A stretch of 64,000 nt of DNA from contig NC_043000.1 in NCBI RefSeq assembly GCF_006345805.1, positions 88,908,001 to 88,972,000 on the forward strand, given 5' to 3'. Both the position numbers and the translations under genes were made by a program. Source of the stretch: Octopus sinensis (lineage: Eukaryota). Position 1 is the first letter of the stretch. Every line of letters starts with the position of its first letter. Below are positions 51,871 through 64,000 of the stretch, in pieces. A model generated the notes under the pieces. That model ran no database searches and had not been told where the DNA came from. It was given only the letters and a program-made list of their open reading frames with translations.

Positions 51871-52107
51871 ACTGGAGAGCGCAGGTTAAACGATATCACA
51901 TGATCTGTCTGTTCTGGCGGCCGTACCAGACGGTACTCGTCTGTCAACGATATAACTATGGATGCTTTTATGCACCATGAGTTGATATGAGATATCCTAT
52001 GGTAAATAACACAGTATTATGTGATCTAATACAACATCGACATTACGTTGAAAATAAAGACTGTTTTTTAGTATCAATATAGAATCTGTGGCTATTACTA
52101 TTTATAT

Positions 52108-52202
<95 letters not shown>

Positions 52203-52209
52203 CATATAT

Positions 52210-52450
52210 ATATATACATATATATACAACGGGAAGTTTTATGAAAATAGACAAAAGACGAAGGCAGGTTTACGGAAATAAACAAAAGACGAAGGCAGGT
52301 GGAATACAAAAACAACAATTGTATTAGTATGGCGCTCAGGAAATATAATAAAACAAGTCTTTAACGTTTCGAGCCTACGCTCTTTAACAGAAAGATACAC
52401 AGAGAAGAAACACAGAAAGAAGGAGAGAAAAAAATGCGTGCAGAGGCTAG
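52210..52450 (-). mobile_element. Penelope-like element 3' end in (TA)n
   Basis: Same family as 22400-22560. Confidence 0.6.
52358..52395 (-). ncRNA. Ultra-minimal hammerhead-like motif (CUGUUAA, decayed)
   Basis: tcttt-CTGTTAAA-gagc gtag gctc-GAAACGTT-aaaga; 5-bp stem I. Confidence 0.5.
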
Positions 52451-52468
52451 CAAATCAAATACATATAA

Positions 52469-52503
<35 letters not shown>

Positions 52504-53205
52504 ATATATATATATTATGCATATAGTATGTACGTATATATGTATATGCATGTGTGTATGCAAGTATGTATGTATACATAGATATAAATATATGCAGATA
52601 AACATATCTACAGATGCATGCACATACACACACGCCCTAACATAAAGATGTGTGTGTATGTATATATATATATGTGTGTATGTGTGTGTGTGTGTGCATG
52701 TATGGATGTATATATAAAGGTATAATTAATTGAAGAAGTGATGTTAAGACTAATCTGTGTCGCTGTCAGATTGTCACACGAATCTTTCTCATCCCTATCG
52801 CGGATGACTAAATTTTCAGAGATAATTTGCATGTGTCAGTTTACTTCTGGTTCGTTCTCGTTTGTCGTCCTCAAGGCATTACATACAATTAGTATATAGT
52901 CTTCATGTAAGCATTAAATTATCTTTTCTGTATTTCTTTTCATTTTCTTTTTCTTTTCTTTTTATCCATTTCATGCGGATTCTTAGTCTTCTCAGATTCG
53001 GCAACATAAATAAATGAATGAATAAATAAATAAATAAAAACTTGGTTACTAAATATATTAGTGACTTGATATTTTTGCCTAAATTGTCTTGGAAATTGAC
53101 AATTCCAATCCTTGATATCTGATAATATCTTCAGGCCATCATTTGTAAATATCATCTTAATAATAACCCATTCTATGACATATTTATATTTCAATGATAA
53201 GTGTG

Positions 53206-53241
<36 letters not shown>

Positions 53242-53739
53242 ATTCCACGGACAGCTCTATTACTGGGTCATACTATTCCTATCTTCTCCCCTTCTTTTCT
53301 TTACTCTTCTTTTTCTCCTTTTTCTTGTTTCTCTTGTTTCTCTTTTTCTTCGCCTTCTTCACCGCCACATTGTTTGTCTGCTACTGCTTAAACCAGCAAA
53401 CATTTCTCTGCACCCATAAACATTATGTCTTCAGATCTGTTACTAGCTACCGAGGCTTCACAAAGGAAAAGAGAGAGAGAGAGAGAGAAAAGGGTAAATG
53501 TCCTACCCATTTGAAGACTGGAAATATTTCTAAAACATTAGCCCACTGCGGGCAATAAAGAAATTAATATTTCCAAAATATTTCATTTAACATTTTCTTC
53601 AATTTAATTGTTTTAATTGTCTTATTTACCTTACACGCACACGCACACACACACACACATATGTATTGTACTATAAATATTTATTCATGTATGTTATATA
53701 CATATACATAAATAAGTAGCGTACATGACCACATTATAT

Positions 53740-53800
<61 letters not shown>

Positions 53801-53853
53801 ATATATATATAATATATATATATATAATATATATTATATATATATATATATAC

Positions 53854-54060
53854 GCGAGAAAGAAGCAACAAGAATGGATAGGTTTTTAGTACAATCGTTT
53901 CATACAATTGTATGAAACGATTGTACTAAAAACCTATCCATTCTTGTTGCTTATTTCTCGCTTATAATCAACCCACATTACTGTATTGTTAAAACAGTAT
54001 AGTTTTTTTTTTGTGCATCTAAGTTAGGTACCATATTCAAGTAAATTCATTAATTAACTT
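53854..54060 (+). mobile_element. Short member of the 44 kb Penelope-like family: 108-bp loop-less palindrome plus tail
   Basis: Arms 53854-53907 and 53908-53961 (53/54 complementary); 53962-54060 matches the reverse complement of the 44490-44590 tail. Confidence 0.9.
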
Positions 54061-54093
54061 GACTCTTTATTGCTTTTTGTATAATATATATAC

Positions 54094-54124
<31 letters not shown>

Positions 54125-54299
54125 GCCATACATATATATACATATACATACAACACTATATATTTTATATATATCGTATCTATAAAATCTTTCATTGTTT
54201 TATGCGTTTCAGCCCAAAGGCTGTGGCCATGCCGGGACACTACCAGTATTATCACCTTTCAATTGGTATGTTTTTATGATTGGCTTCTGAGTTTCTTGC

Positions 54300-54600
54300 T
54301 GTGATGTATGTAGATTCACCTGGGATCTTAGACAGGAGATCAAGTTGTTTCTTGTAACCATCTACCACTACTCCATGAAGATTTTTTGGTGAGATATTAA
54401 GTATTTGTGGACCTTTGAATCCCAAGTTATTGCAGTACCTGGTCCAAACTCTTAATGGAATGGGTGGAACAGTGCAGTGACGTATAGTCCAGAAGCTGGT
54501 ATAACTCTCGATACAAGAGTTTGGTACCAACTCCTCTAGGATCTTCAATACGCATATCACCGCACACCTCTCCTGTCTTCGCTCGATAGAGTAGAGTCGT
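54300..54600 (-). mobile_element. Non-LTR (CR1/L2-group-like) 3' fragment
   Basis: RYCNNLGFKGPQILNISPKNLHGVVVDGYKKQLDLLSKIPGE resembles post-RT LINE C-termini. Confidence 0.5.
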
Positions 54601-54629
54601 TACTCTTTCAGTGTTTCCCAGAAACTCTA

Positions 54630-55010
54630 CTGTTAAGTGATGCAAATCTTCGCAGGTAATATCATCTTGATAGAGCATACTCCTAAGACACTAGAGGAAA
54701 TGCTTACCGTTATTCAAGCAGCAAGCTTACCTGTCGGCCTCAACATCAGCCTTGGAAAGACCAAGGTCATGTTTAACAGGCACGCTATGCCAGCGCCCTA
54801 CACCGTAAATGGCAAAACCATAGAAGAGCTAAACAGCTACATTTTCCTAGGAAAGATGGTAACAAAAGACGGAAATCGCCTCCCGGTGACCAAGAGAGAA
54901 ACAGTGCATGGTGTTTGGAAAGGTGGAAAACTTCATGAGAAGCCCCAAGGCTTCCATGAAAATTTAAAGTAAGATCTTCAACGAGTGATGATTTACGGCA
55001 ATAAAACATG
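54630..55010 (+). mobile_element. RTE-clade RT fragment
   Basis: QIFAGNIILI (decayed FADD)...VGLNISLGKTKVMFN...IEELNSYIFLG. Confidence 0.75.
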
Positions 55011-55244
55011 AGCTCTCAAAATTGCCATCATAAGCACCCTCCTTGTAATCCAGGTGCGAGGCTTACTGTTTAGGATCTTGCACTCATGATCGTAAGATTG
55101 TGATTTCGATTCCTGGACTGGAAGATACGTTGTATTCTTAAACAAAACGATTTGTTTCACTTCGCTCCATTCTACTCAACTGGCAAAAAGTGAACAATCC
55201 TTCGATGTACAGGAATTTAGTGTAGATAAACGATAAACGTCGCC

Positions 55245-55500
55245 CTTTTCAAGCCCAGCCAGGCTCATGGGCCCGGTTTCCCGGTTTCTGTGGCGTATGT
55301 GTTCCCCCCAGCTGGACGGGACGCCAGTCCATCGCAGCGTTACTCAAGAAACAGGAAGAGAGAGTGAGAGAAAGTTGTGGCGGAAGAGTACAACAGAGGT
55401 CGCCACCAGCCCTTGCCGGAGCCTCGTGGAGCTTTTAGGTGTTTTCGCTTAATAAACACACACAACGCCCGGTCTGCGAACGAAACCGCGATCCTTGTGC
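55245..55500 (-). mobile_element. SINE family D
   Basis: Matches 58400-58710 (ctggacgggacgcc...gagagtgagagaaagttgtggcg). Confidence 0.85.
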
Positions 55501-55865
55501 CTCCACTGAATTTAGTCTAGGCTGGAGAATATATATGCTACAGAATCCGAGTAACGAACCTTGTGGTCCTATGGGTTTGGAAACACCTTTGGTATATCAT
55601 TTAAACATATCTTTTTCTTTTCTCTTGTCATTGCATTGTTGCCAGCCTTCGGCACAGTCTTGACAGGTTTAGCCCAATAAAACAACACATGTTGCCCTTT
55701 TTGTACGGCTGCTACTTATTGTGTCTGTCTCTTTTGCCGAATTGCTTATTTATGGGAACATAAATAAACCAACTGCGGTTGACTTGTGGTCGAAATTACT
55801 AATACAAGGAGACACACACAGGTAAGCGCAATCACACGCATACATGCACACAGATACATATAAAT

Positions 55866-55899
<34 letters not shown>

Positions 55900-55902
<3 letters not shown>

Positions 55903-56190
55903 GAACTGAGACTGGGTTGTGTGTGGGCGTGTGTCTGTCTGTCTGTATGTACGCATCACTAAAACTCGAGAGCTACCCGACCGCTTTCATTCAAAATTTA
56001 CACATGCCTTACTTAGGATCCATGCAGTGTCATCATGGGCCGAAAATTTTCAACTTTCTGCCTAATGTGAGCTTGGAGCAATCTCTTATACTATTTCAGT
56101 ATTACGTATCAAAAGTGAAACAATAACAGCTCCATTGTATTGTGAGATATTACTTTCAGTTTTAATAGTGAAACTATCAATACTTTCACG
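55900..56190 (+). mobile_element. Probable non-autonomous Helitron-like fragment
   Basis: tgtctgtctgtctgtatgtacgc...ccgctttcattcaaaatttacac resembles the 5' part of 40729-40900. Confidence 0.4.
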
Positions 56191-56286
56191 TTGTATACAT
56201 ATATTAGTTTCATTTCTATTAATTTCACTATGATATATTTATGTGTGTTTATGTATGTATGCATATGTATGCATAGTCATGTATAC

Positions 56287-56320
<34 letters not shown>

Positions 56321-57629
56321 GTGTTGTGTGTGTGTGTGTGTGTCTATATATGTATATATATTGGTTTGCTCGCTTAGCCAGCGGGGTGGCGTCGTTCGAA
56401 GGCTAAAACACTGCGAACGCATTGTGACCAGCGATGTGTAAGCAACATCTGATGGTCTGGTCGGTCACGTGATCACGTGATATATGTATATATATATGTA
56501 TATATGTGTATGTATATTTATGTATATATATGTAAGTATATATATGTATATGTATGTATTTGTATGTATACATGTGTATATATACACATATGTACATATG
56601 TATATATGTGTATATATATGTATATTTATGTATATATGTATGTATATATGTATATATATATGTATATATACATATATATATATGCATATTTATATATAAA
56701 TATATGTATATATATATGTGTGTGTGTGTGTGCGCGCGCGCGCGTGTGTATGTGTGCGAGTGTCAATGGTGATGCTCCAACATGACCACAGTCATTGGAC
56801 AGAAGCATAAAAAAGAATGTGTGTGTGTGTGTGTATGTGTATGTGTGTTTGTGTGTGTGTGCGTGCTTGTGTGTGTGTGTGTAAGTGTGGCTTATCGACT
56901 GCCCAAGCTCAATGTATGTATTTTGTTTCTTCACTGCGTCTTAGAAACGACTCTGCCATTACGCCGGGTGTTAAAACACCCGAATATCTGAGACAGGCGA
57001 GACAGCTAATACTCAGGAGATATCCACTATGTGATAGCCTAATACATGATTTATTTATATAGGACATGAATAATCTATGTTAACGATTGAGGAAGAAGAC
57101 ATGAAATATGTACGGCTTCGCTGAGGAGCGGTCAAGAAACCATGAAACGGCTCGTCTGGAGTTTTCCCTTCTTTTTTTCTGCACATCAAAAGCATTGCAA
57201 AAACCTACATTCATATAGTTCTCCACACACATACTCACATTCTCACACACACACGCAGAGAGAGAGAGACACACACTCAGGGGAAATCTGATTAATGAGA
57301 ACTTGCTTTAAAATCATACTTGACAAGAGAAACCAGTTAATCGTTTATTATTATCTTTTTTTTTTTTCATCTTTCTTAAAAAATGAAATTCAGATTATAG
57401 AAAGAATTTTGTTAGCTATATAAATACATAACAGCTGATGCAAAATGGTGAAATTTTACCATGCCGAATACACATCCTGAAAGAAATGCAAAACTCACAA
57501 AAGAAACACACATAGCTATCTGAATATCATTTTACCTTGATAGCCCAATATCCATACTTTTAATTAGTATCACCTCTACGTAAGCAAATGTGTGTTTGAT
57601 ATCATACTATTCTGAGCCAAAAACCATGG

Positions 57630-57900
57630 TACCTTGGGCAGGTGTCTTCTGCTATATTCTCAGCCTGTCTTATATGTATGTATGTGTCTTTGTGTCTGAG
57701 TTTTTCCCCCCAACACCGCCAGACAATCGATGTTGGTGTGTTTACGTCTCCATAACTTAGTGTTTCGGCAAAAGAGAGCGATAGAACAAGTACCAGGCTT
57801 AAAAAGAAAATGAGTATTGGGGGTGATTAGTTCGACTAAAATTCCCCAAGACGGTGCTGCAGCATGACCGCAGTTTAATGACTAAAACAAGTAAAATATA
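57630..57900 (+). mobile_element. SINE family B, partial
   Basis: taccttgggcaggtgtcttctgctata...cggcaaaagagagcgatag. Confidence 0.8.
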
Positions 57901-57924
57901 AAAGATATAAGATAAAGAAAAACA

Positions 57925-58232
<308 letters not shown>

Positions 58233-58399
58233 GATGGCTGCAAACTCGAGCTCGAATACCGCCATCTCCTGATCGAAAGTCCCACGCATGTAAAGGCTAC
58301 AACCAGTCTTTTTTGTGATAGGTCTTACTTTTTTTCAAGCAATGCCAGTGCATGATGATTTTTTATAGTGAGGAAAGGATGTGCACAAATCTAATCCCA

Positions 58400-58710
58400 C
58401 TCTCTGAACATTGTTGTTTGTTCCTTCTCGAGCCACGCCTGGCTCATAGGGTCGGTTTCCTGGTTTCCTTGGCGTATAGGTTCCCCACCTGGACGGGACG
58501 CCGGTCCGTCGCAGGTGAGCTGCAAGATGCAGGAGGAAAGAGTGAGAGAAAGTTGTGGCGAAAGAGTCAGCAGAAGTTCGCCATTACCTTCTGCCAGAGC
58601 CGCGTGGAGCGTAGGTGTTTCGCTCATAAACACACACATCGCCCGGTCTGAGACTCGAACCCGCGATCCCTCGACCGCGAGTCCGCTGCTCTAACCACTA
58701 GGCCATGAGC
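58400..58710 (-). mobile_element. SINE family D, full length
   Basis: Minus head tggcctagtggttagagcagcggactcgcggtcgagggatcgcgggttcgagtc has tRNA A and B boxes. Confidence 0.92.
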
Positions 58711-58887
58711 ACTTCCGCTCTTTGACAGGTGTTATTTTTCGTCCTGCAGGGATGTCAAACAATCAACCTCTTCACCAAGTAAGTTAGGTGGGGTTGCCAG
58801 TTGAGTCGCCAACGACCCGACCTTGCAACAGGTTGTCCTGGGTTACATGTTACCAGTAGCGCCGAAGAGCGACCTGACATTTGCACA

Positions 58888-58951
58888 GACATACATACAT
58901 ACATGCATGCATGCATACATACATACATACATACATACATACATACATACA

Positions 58952-58984
<33 letters not shown>

Positions 58985-59117
58985 GCATGTATGTATGTAT
59001 GTATGTATGTATGTATGAATGTATGTACGTATGTACTTATGTATGTATGTATGTATGTATGTATGTATGTATGTATGTATGTATGTATGTATGTATATAT
59101 GTATGTATGTATGTATG
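58888..59117. repeat. (CATA)n followed by (GTAT)n: self-complementary microsatellite pair
   Basis: Strand switch at about 58983. Confidence 0.92.
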
Positions 59118-59654
59118 AATTTCATGGAAACGACTATTTAAAAAATTGAATGTTCAGCCATCTCGCAAGTAGTTTTGGCAGTAGAAACATTTATTGACGA
59201 TTTACGTCTCTCAGTACAGGTTCGGCAAATCGATTATAATCCAATACCGAACCTAAATTGTTAAAGAATATTATTCTCTTGATGTTCTCTCACTTTACTC
59301 TCAGTTCTAATTTTATTTATCGGCGTCCATGAGTCCTGCACTTTAAGATTGTTAGAATAATATACGGTCACAAGATTCGGTCAAATAGGTGTTTAGTCAA
59401 AATAGTGACAAGTTGAAATGTCGGAAACACTGGGATATCATTCAGGATAATTACTTACTTTTGGTGTTCTGAGCAAACGATAAATCGTTTACCAGTGATG
59501 CTGTTTTAATATCCGGAATCCAATGGTAACTGACAATTCTTTACTTGCCTTAGGCTCTTCACAGACAGAGCATTTTAGGAAGAATATGTGTAAATATATA
59601 TGTGTGTGTGTAGCGTGTATGTATGCATACAAACATATATTGAGGGGCTATATA

Positions 59655-59696
<42 letters not shown>

Positions 59697-59700
<4 letters not shown>

Positions 59701-59880
59701 AGGCGCAATGACCCAGTGGTTAGGGCAGCGGACTCGCGGTCGTAGGATCGCGGTTTCGATTCCCAGACCAGGCGTTGTGAGTGTTTATTGAGCGAAAACC
59801 CCTAAAAAGCTCCACGAGGCTCCGGCAGGGGATGGTGGTGATCCCTGCTGTACTCTTTCACCACAACTTTCCCTCACTCT
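59697..59880 (+). mobile_element. SINE family D, 5' part
   Basis: tgacccagtggttagggcagcggactcgcggtcgtaggatcgcggtttcgattccc. Confidence 0.88.
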
Positions 59881-60689
59881 TACTTTATATATAATTATAG
59901 GTATATATTCACTTCTTTCTTCTAATAACTATCTTCCCGAAGAACGAAGAAAAACTTAAGCTCGAAACATCAAAGACGCTTCCACGTAATTAATCCCTCA
60001 CTGAGTGTTAAACTAATAATTACGCCTTGCTTTTATGTTGCCTTCTGTGTTCTGACATTCTTAATAAATTTTTAAACGATACATGCACGCACACACACAC
60101 ACACACACACACACGCAACTAACATAATGCGAGATCAGTATGAATAAATTGTAAGTTCATATCCGTACGTTTGATAAATTTGGGTTCAACATTACTGTTT
60201 ACTCCAGAAGGTTGCCTGTGCGGGACGAACCCAAGAACAGCTAGTCTAGTTTCGGTTGATTACCACCGTCTTATGAAGAATGTCTCCCGCGGTTTTCGAT
60301 CAAAGTCAGAGGTGGTTATCAGCTTCGAGTGACTTATGAAAGACATACACAGCAAATTTAAAATGCTAATTTTTGTCACCTCTTGCACATCACATTCGCT
60401 GGAAGCGTGCATGAAATATTAAAAGAACTAACCCTTGTATACTTGCGTGCGTGTTTGAGTTTGTGTGTGTGTTCAAGGCAAGCCTTAGAAATCAAGGATG
60501 AACAGAAAGCCTCCTGATTTTTATGGCCTTATTCCTATTTAGATTTTGATTTATTATTTTAGAAATATCTAGAAATGTGCAAGTATCCTGTTCTTTTTTT
60601 AATTGATGGTTTTTAATCGAAGCAGTGTCAGTCAGAAGCAAACGTTCATTTGCTGTTCTCACTGGACCTATTAAAGAATATTTTAGGTT

Positions 60690-61960
60690 GCATACCTCCT
60701 AAACATAAGAGTACAAACCCTTGGCGTCATTTCTATCACCTGCTTCTTGCGCCCCTTTTGCTCTATCATTCCACCATTCCTGTTTAATTTTCCTTAGAGC
60801 AGTCAGCACTTTCCCTTTCAGCCTTCTGTTAGCTTCGTTTGTGTTGGGGTTCAAGGACTGAGAACGAAGTATACTGCCTAAGTTTTGTTTTTCTACGAGT
60901 AGATCATGAATTTCTGGTGATTTCTCTAAAAACCAGTTACTGGACTTAAGCGATTTAAATCCCACTAACAAAGTTTCACATTGAAATACTTTTGTTTTGC
61001 AATCTTCCCATAGATTGTTTGGGTCAAGATTGATACTTTCTGTAGCATCGTGGAATCTTTGCATGTTGCTTGGTAATTTGAAGTTTCCAACATTTCACTT
61101 TTTGGGTACCTTAGGACCAGACTGTCGACTTTTAGGCATTATCAAAAAATTTATTTTTCCACGCACTAGATGATGGCCAGTCCAGCTCTCTGCTCCTCTC
61201 ATGGCCCGAACACTAGAAACATCTTTCGTATCACGCTTTCTAATCAAAATATAATCTATGAAACGCCAGATCTTAGATTTTGGGTGCATCCAGGTGGTTT
61301 TATATTAATTTTTCTACTTAAATAGTGTTGGTAACAACCAGATTATTCTCAGTACAAAACGGCAAAAGAGCTACTCCATTTTTATTACATTTTCCAATCC
61401 CATGTCGACCTAAAACAGGCCATGAAATGTATTTATTTCCAACTCTTGCGTTGCGATTTCCCAATATGACTATCTTGTCAGAAATTATTACTTTCCTCAA
61501 TAATTGTGCTAGATAATCATAAAACTGCCCTACAGTTTCGTCAGTTTGAGACATTGTTGGTGCATAAATACTGACAACGGTAAGAAACCTAGCTTTTGTC
61601 AGTTTTATACGACATTACATGGTTCTTTCAGATATACCACCTGGAAATTCTGCAATAGAGGATACTACTGAATTCTTGACAGCAAACCCAACACCAGATT
61701 CTCTACGCTGACCCTCAGGTAGGTCTCTTCAGAAGATAGGATATAGGTTCATTTATTTGACTCTCACCAGAGAGATGAGATTCAGAGAGCGCAACTATAT
61801 AAAGAGAATATTTTTTAAGCTCACATGCAATAAGTGCAGTGCGCCTTTCTGGCCCCTTGAGATTATCAAGAAGTGTGCGCACATTCCAACAGCCAAAATT
61901 CAGAGGATGTTTATTTTTATTTCTTCTTGAAGATTGTTTGGCCACAGTGGCAGGGTGACG
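60690..61960 (-). mobile_element. RTE-clade LINE 5' part (APE endonuclease and linker), decayed
   Basis: NFGCWNVRTLLD...IVALSE, IVILGNRNARVG, HPKSKIWRFIDYILIR, GAESWTGHHLV. Confidence 0.88.
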
Positions 61961-62049
61961 TTCCCAAGCCTTTTGCCATTTACTGAATCTGTTTGGGATT
62001 TATTTCTTAAGTCTTATTTCTTAAGACTTATTCCTTAATGCTAGTAGTT

Positions 62050-62154
62050 ACCCTATCGATCTATTTTGTTGAACCGCTATGTTACGGGAACGTAAACACA
62101 GCAACACCGGTTGTAAAGCAATGGTGGGGCAAATACATACAAAAACACACGCAT

Positions 62155-62192
<38 letters not shown>

Positions 62193-62350
62193 GACGGACT
62201 TCTTTCGGTTTCCATCTACCACACCCACTCATAAGTCTTTGGTCGGCCCGAGGCTATAGTAGAGGACACTTACTCAAGGTGCCACGCTGTGGGACTGAAC
62301 CCAGAATCATGTGGTTGGGAAGCAAACTTCTTACTGCAAAGCTACGCCTG
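62050..62350 (-). mobile_element. SINE family B, partial
   Basis: ttggtcggcccgaggctatagtagaggacac...gggactgaaccc. Confidence 0.88.
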
Positions 62351-62883
62351 TGCACAGTATAAAAAATAGGAACTATTGATAGTTTCTTGCTCTGGAGATA
62401 CGCGCCTAGGCAGGTTTAATAACACGCTTTATGTCTCCAAGCAATCCTCAGTCTCTAATCAAATGGTTTATCCTATTTCTAAATGACACTGGAAAAATGA
62501 CACGAGAAAAAAAACGAGAAGGTTGATGCAAATTGTGGAAGACTGTATTAAAAATGGAGAAAGAAAAGATATATATATATGCGTGTGTGTGTGTGTATAA
62601 TATATATATGTGTGTGTGTTGTATTTCGGGATGGTCATTTTTTTTGCCAAATAAACGGACGCAGTATAAATATTTTTTCTTCACTCGTGTATTACTGTTC
62701 TTTTATTATTTTAACGCTTTTCCATTATCCGGAAATCTTTTGTCACACATCTGTGACCTCTTCAGCGACACTTTTCGTTTTCGTGTGTGTTCTTGCTTCA
62801 CTTCCTTCTGTTCTCTTCTAAGATGTGTATTTTTATGTGCTCATGCATTTATGTCCTTCTTTGTTTGTTTGTTTGTTTGTTTG

Positions 62884-62922
<39 letters not shown>

Positions 62923-63836
62923 CGCGCGCGCGCTTGTAAGTGTGTGTCATAGTTTTTAGCAGCAGCCTCAACCTCTCACCCCATTGTGCTGCTGCTGCTG
63001 TCTTAAGACCCGAGAAAAAAAACAAATAACAAAAAGGTATAGTTCCTGAAAATCTCTGCATGTGTGTTCGTTCACAGTGTTGCCATTGTGATAGTTGTTG
63101 TTGTTTTTATTGCTCACGTCACCACCACCGCTGCTGCTGACCGTGTTAGTTGTATTGATGACATCATGTGGTCATCCATGAGGTTTCGTGTCTGTGTGTT
63201 TGTGTGTATGCATGAGTTCGCTTCGTATGTATCCGTGCCCTTTATATAGTTTTATTTATTAATAATATCTATCTCTGTCTTACATTTATCACAGGTATAT
63301 GGCTGATATATTTATATATTTGTTTGTTTATTTATTTATATATTTATTTACTTTATTTTTTTATATAAACATCTATCTCTATTTCTCATAAGTGCATATA
63401 TGTCTATTGTGTGTATGTTACTCTGTATGTATCTGTGTATTTTTTACGGTTTTCTCCCTTTCCCTTTCTCTTCACATCCCTACTGTCTTTAGTCATGTGG
63501 TGTGGTGGTGGCTGTTACTGTTCCATTCATATTTTCTATTGAGGCTTGGTCTGTCTACTGTTATGTATGTGGCTTTTTAATCTGTCTAAGTGTCGTGTCA
63601 GTTCTATGTGTCGATAGTACTTAAATCTCTATACTATTAATCGAGCCTTCATGTTCTGCCTCTGCATGTTGGTAGAGCACAGACGAGCTTTACCCTTCTT
63701 TGAATTCTCGCCAATAATCACCTATACGCTCCCCTATGCTGCGTGCAGTCTCTTCTATATAGGTAGTTGTCATGTTTCTGCACCACCCCTCAGTATATTG
63801 TAAGCTATACACTACATTCCTAACCTTACAGTTAAC

Positions 63837-63866
63837 CTGTATGGAGTACAACTGTACTCCATACAG
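63837..63866. repeat. Perfect 14-bp inverted repeat with 2-nt spacer
   Basis: ctgtatggagtaca-ac-tgtactccatacag. Confidence 0.9.
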
Positions 63867-64000
63867 CGGGAATTATCAAAAGGATAAGTATTGCAGATCG
63901 GGGATTTTAAAGGGGCACCAGGCCTCTCCACTACTTTAATTCGTAAATTAGCCTTACTTAATGCTTTCATAAAAAGGTGTGCTAGTTCGCCTCCATGTTC

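Overview
Eukaryotic, AT-rich, microsatellite-dense window, almost all intronic or intergenic. The SINE, LINE and microsatellite content looks like an Octopus (cephalopod) genome; this is inference. No rRNA, bona fide tRNA or CRISPR array was seen, and no host protein could be named. Nearly all ORFs in the track are microsatellite artefacts or transposon debris. Contents: (i) many copies of four tRNA-headed SINE families; (ii) eight clear R4/Dong-clade non-LTR pieces plus one doubtful one, most bordered by AAT-type tracts, including a young 2.2 kb copy with three lesions (34274-36487); (iii) RTE and CR1/L2-like LINE fragments, one with a 5' inversion; (iv) DNA transposons: a Chapaev3-like element with TIRs and TTA TSD, a maT/DD37D-like mariner relic, a Helitron nested in a LINE, a Helitron helicase relic and MITEs; (v) a CpG-rich, probably bidirectional promoter at about 6.2-6.5 kb with weak candidate exons on both sides. 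The most interesting signal is a set of Penelope-like 3' ends inserted in (TA)n. They carry type I hammerhead ribozyme motifs and form long fold-backs: 360 bp arms at 44.6/45.4 kb, 320 bp arms at 28.3/29.1 kb, and a loop-less 108 bp palindrome of the 44 kb family at 53.9 kb. Three ultra-minimal hammerheads with non-canonical cores are also present. Two short locally templated insertions lie at 41.9-42.1 kb. All structures were read by eye; boundaries of decayed repeats are approximate.
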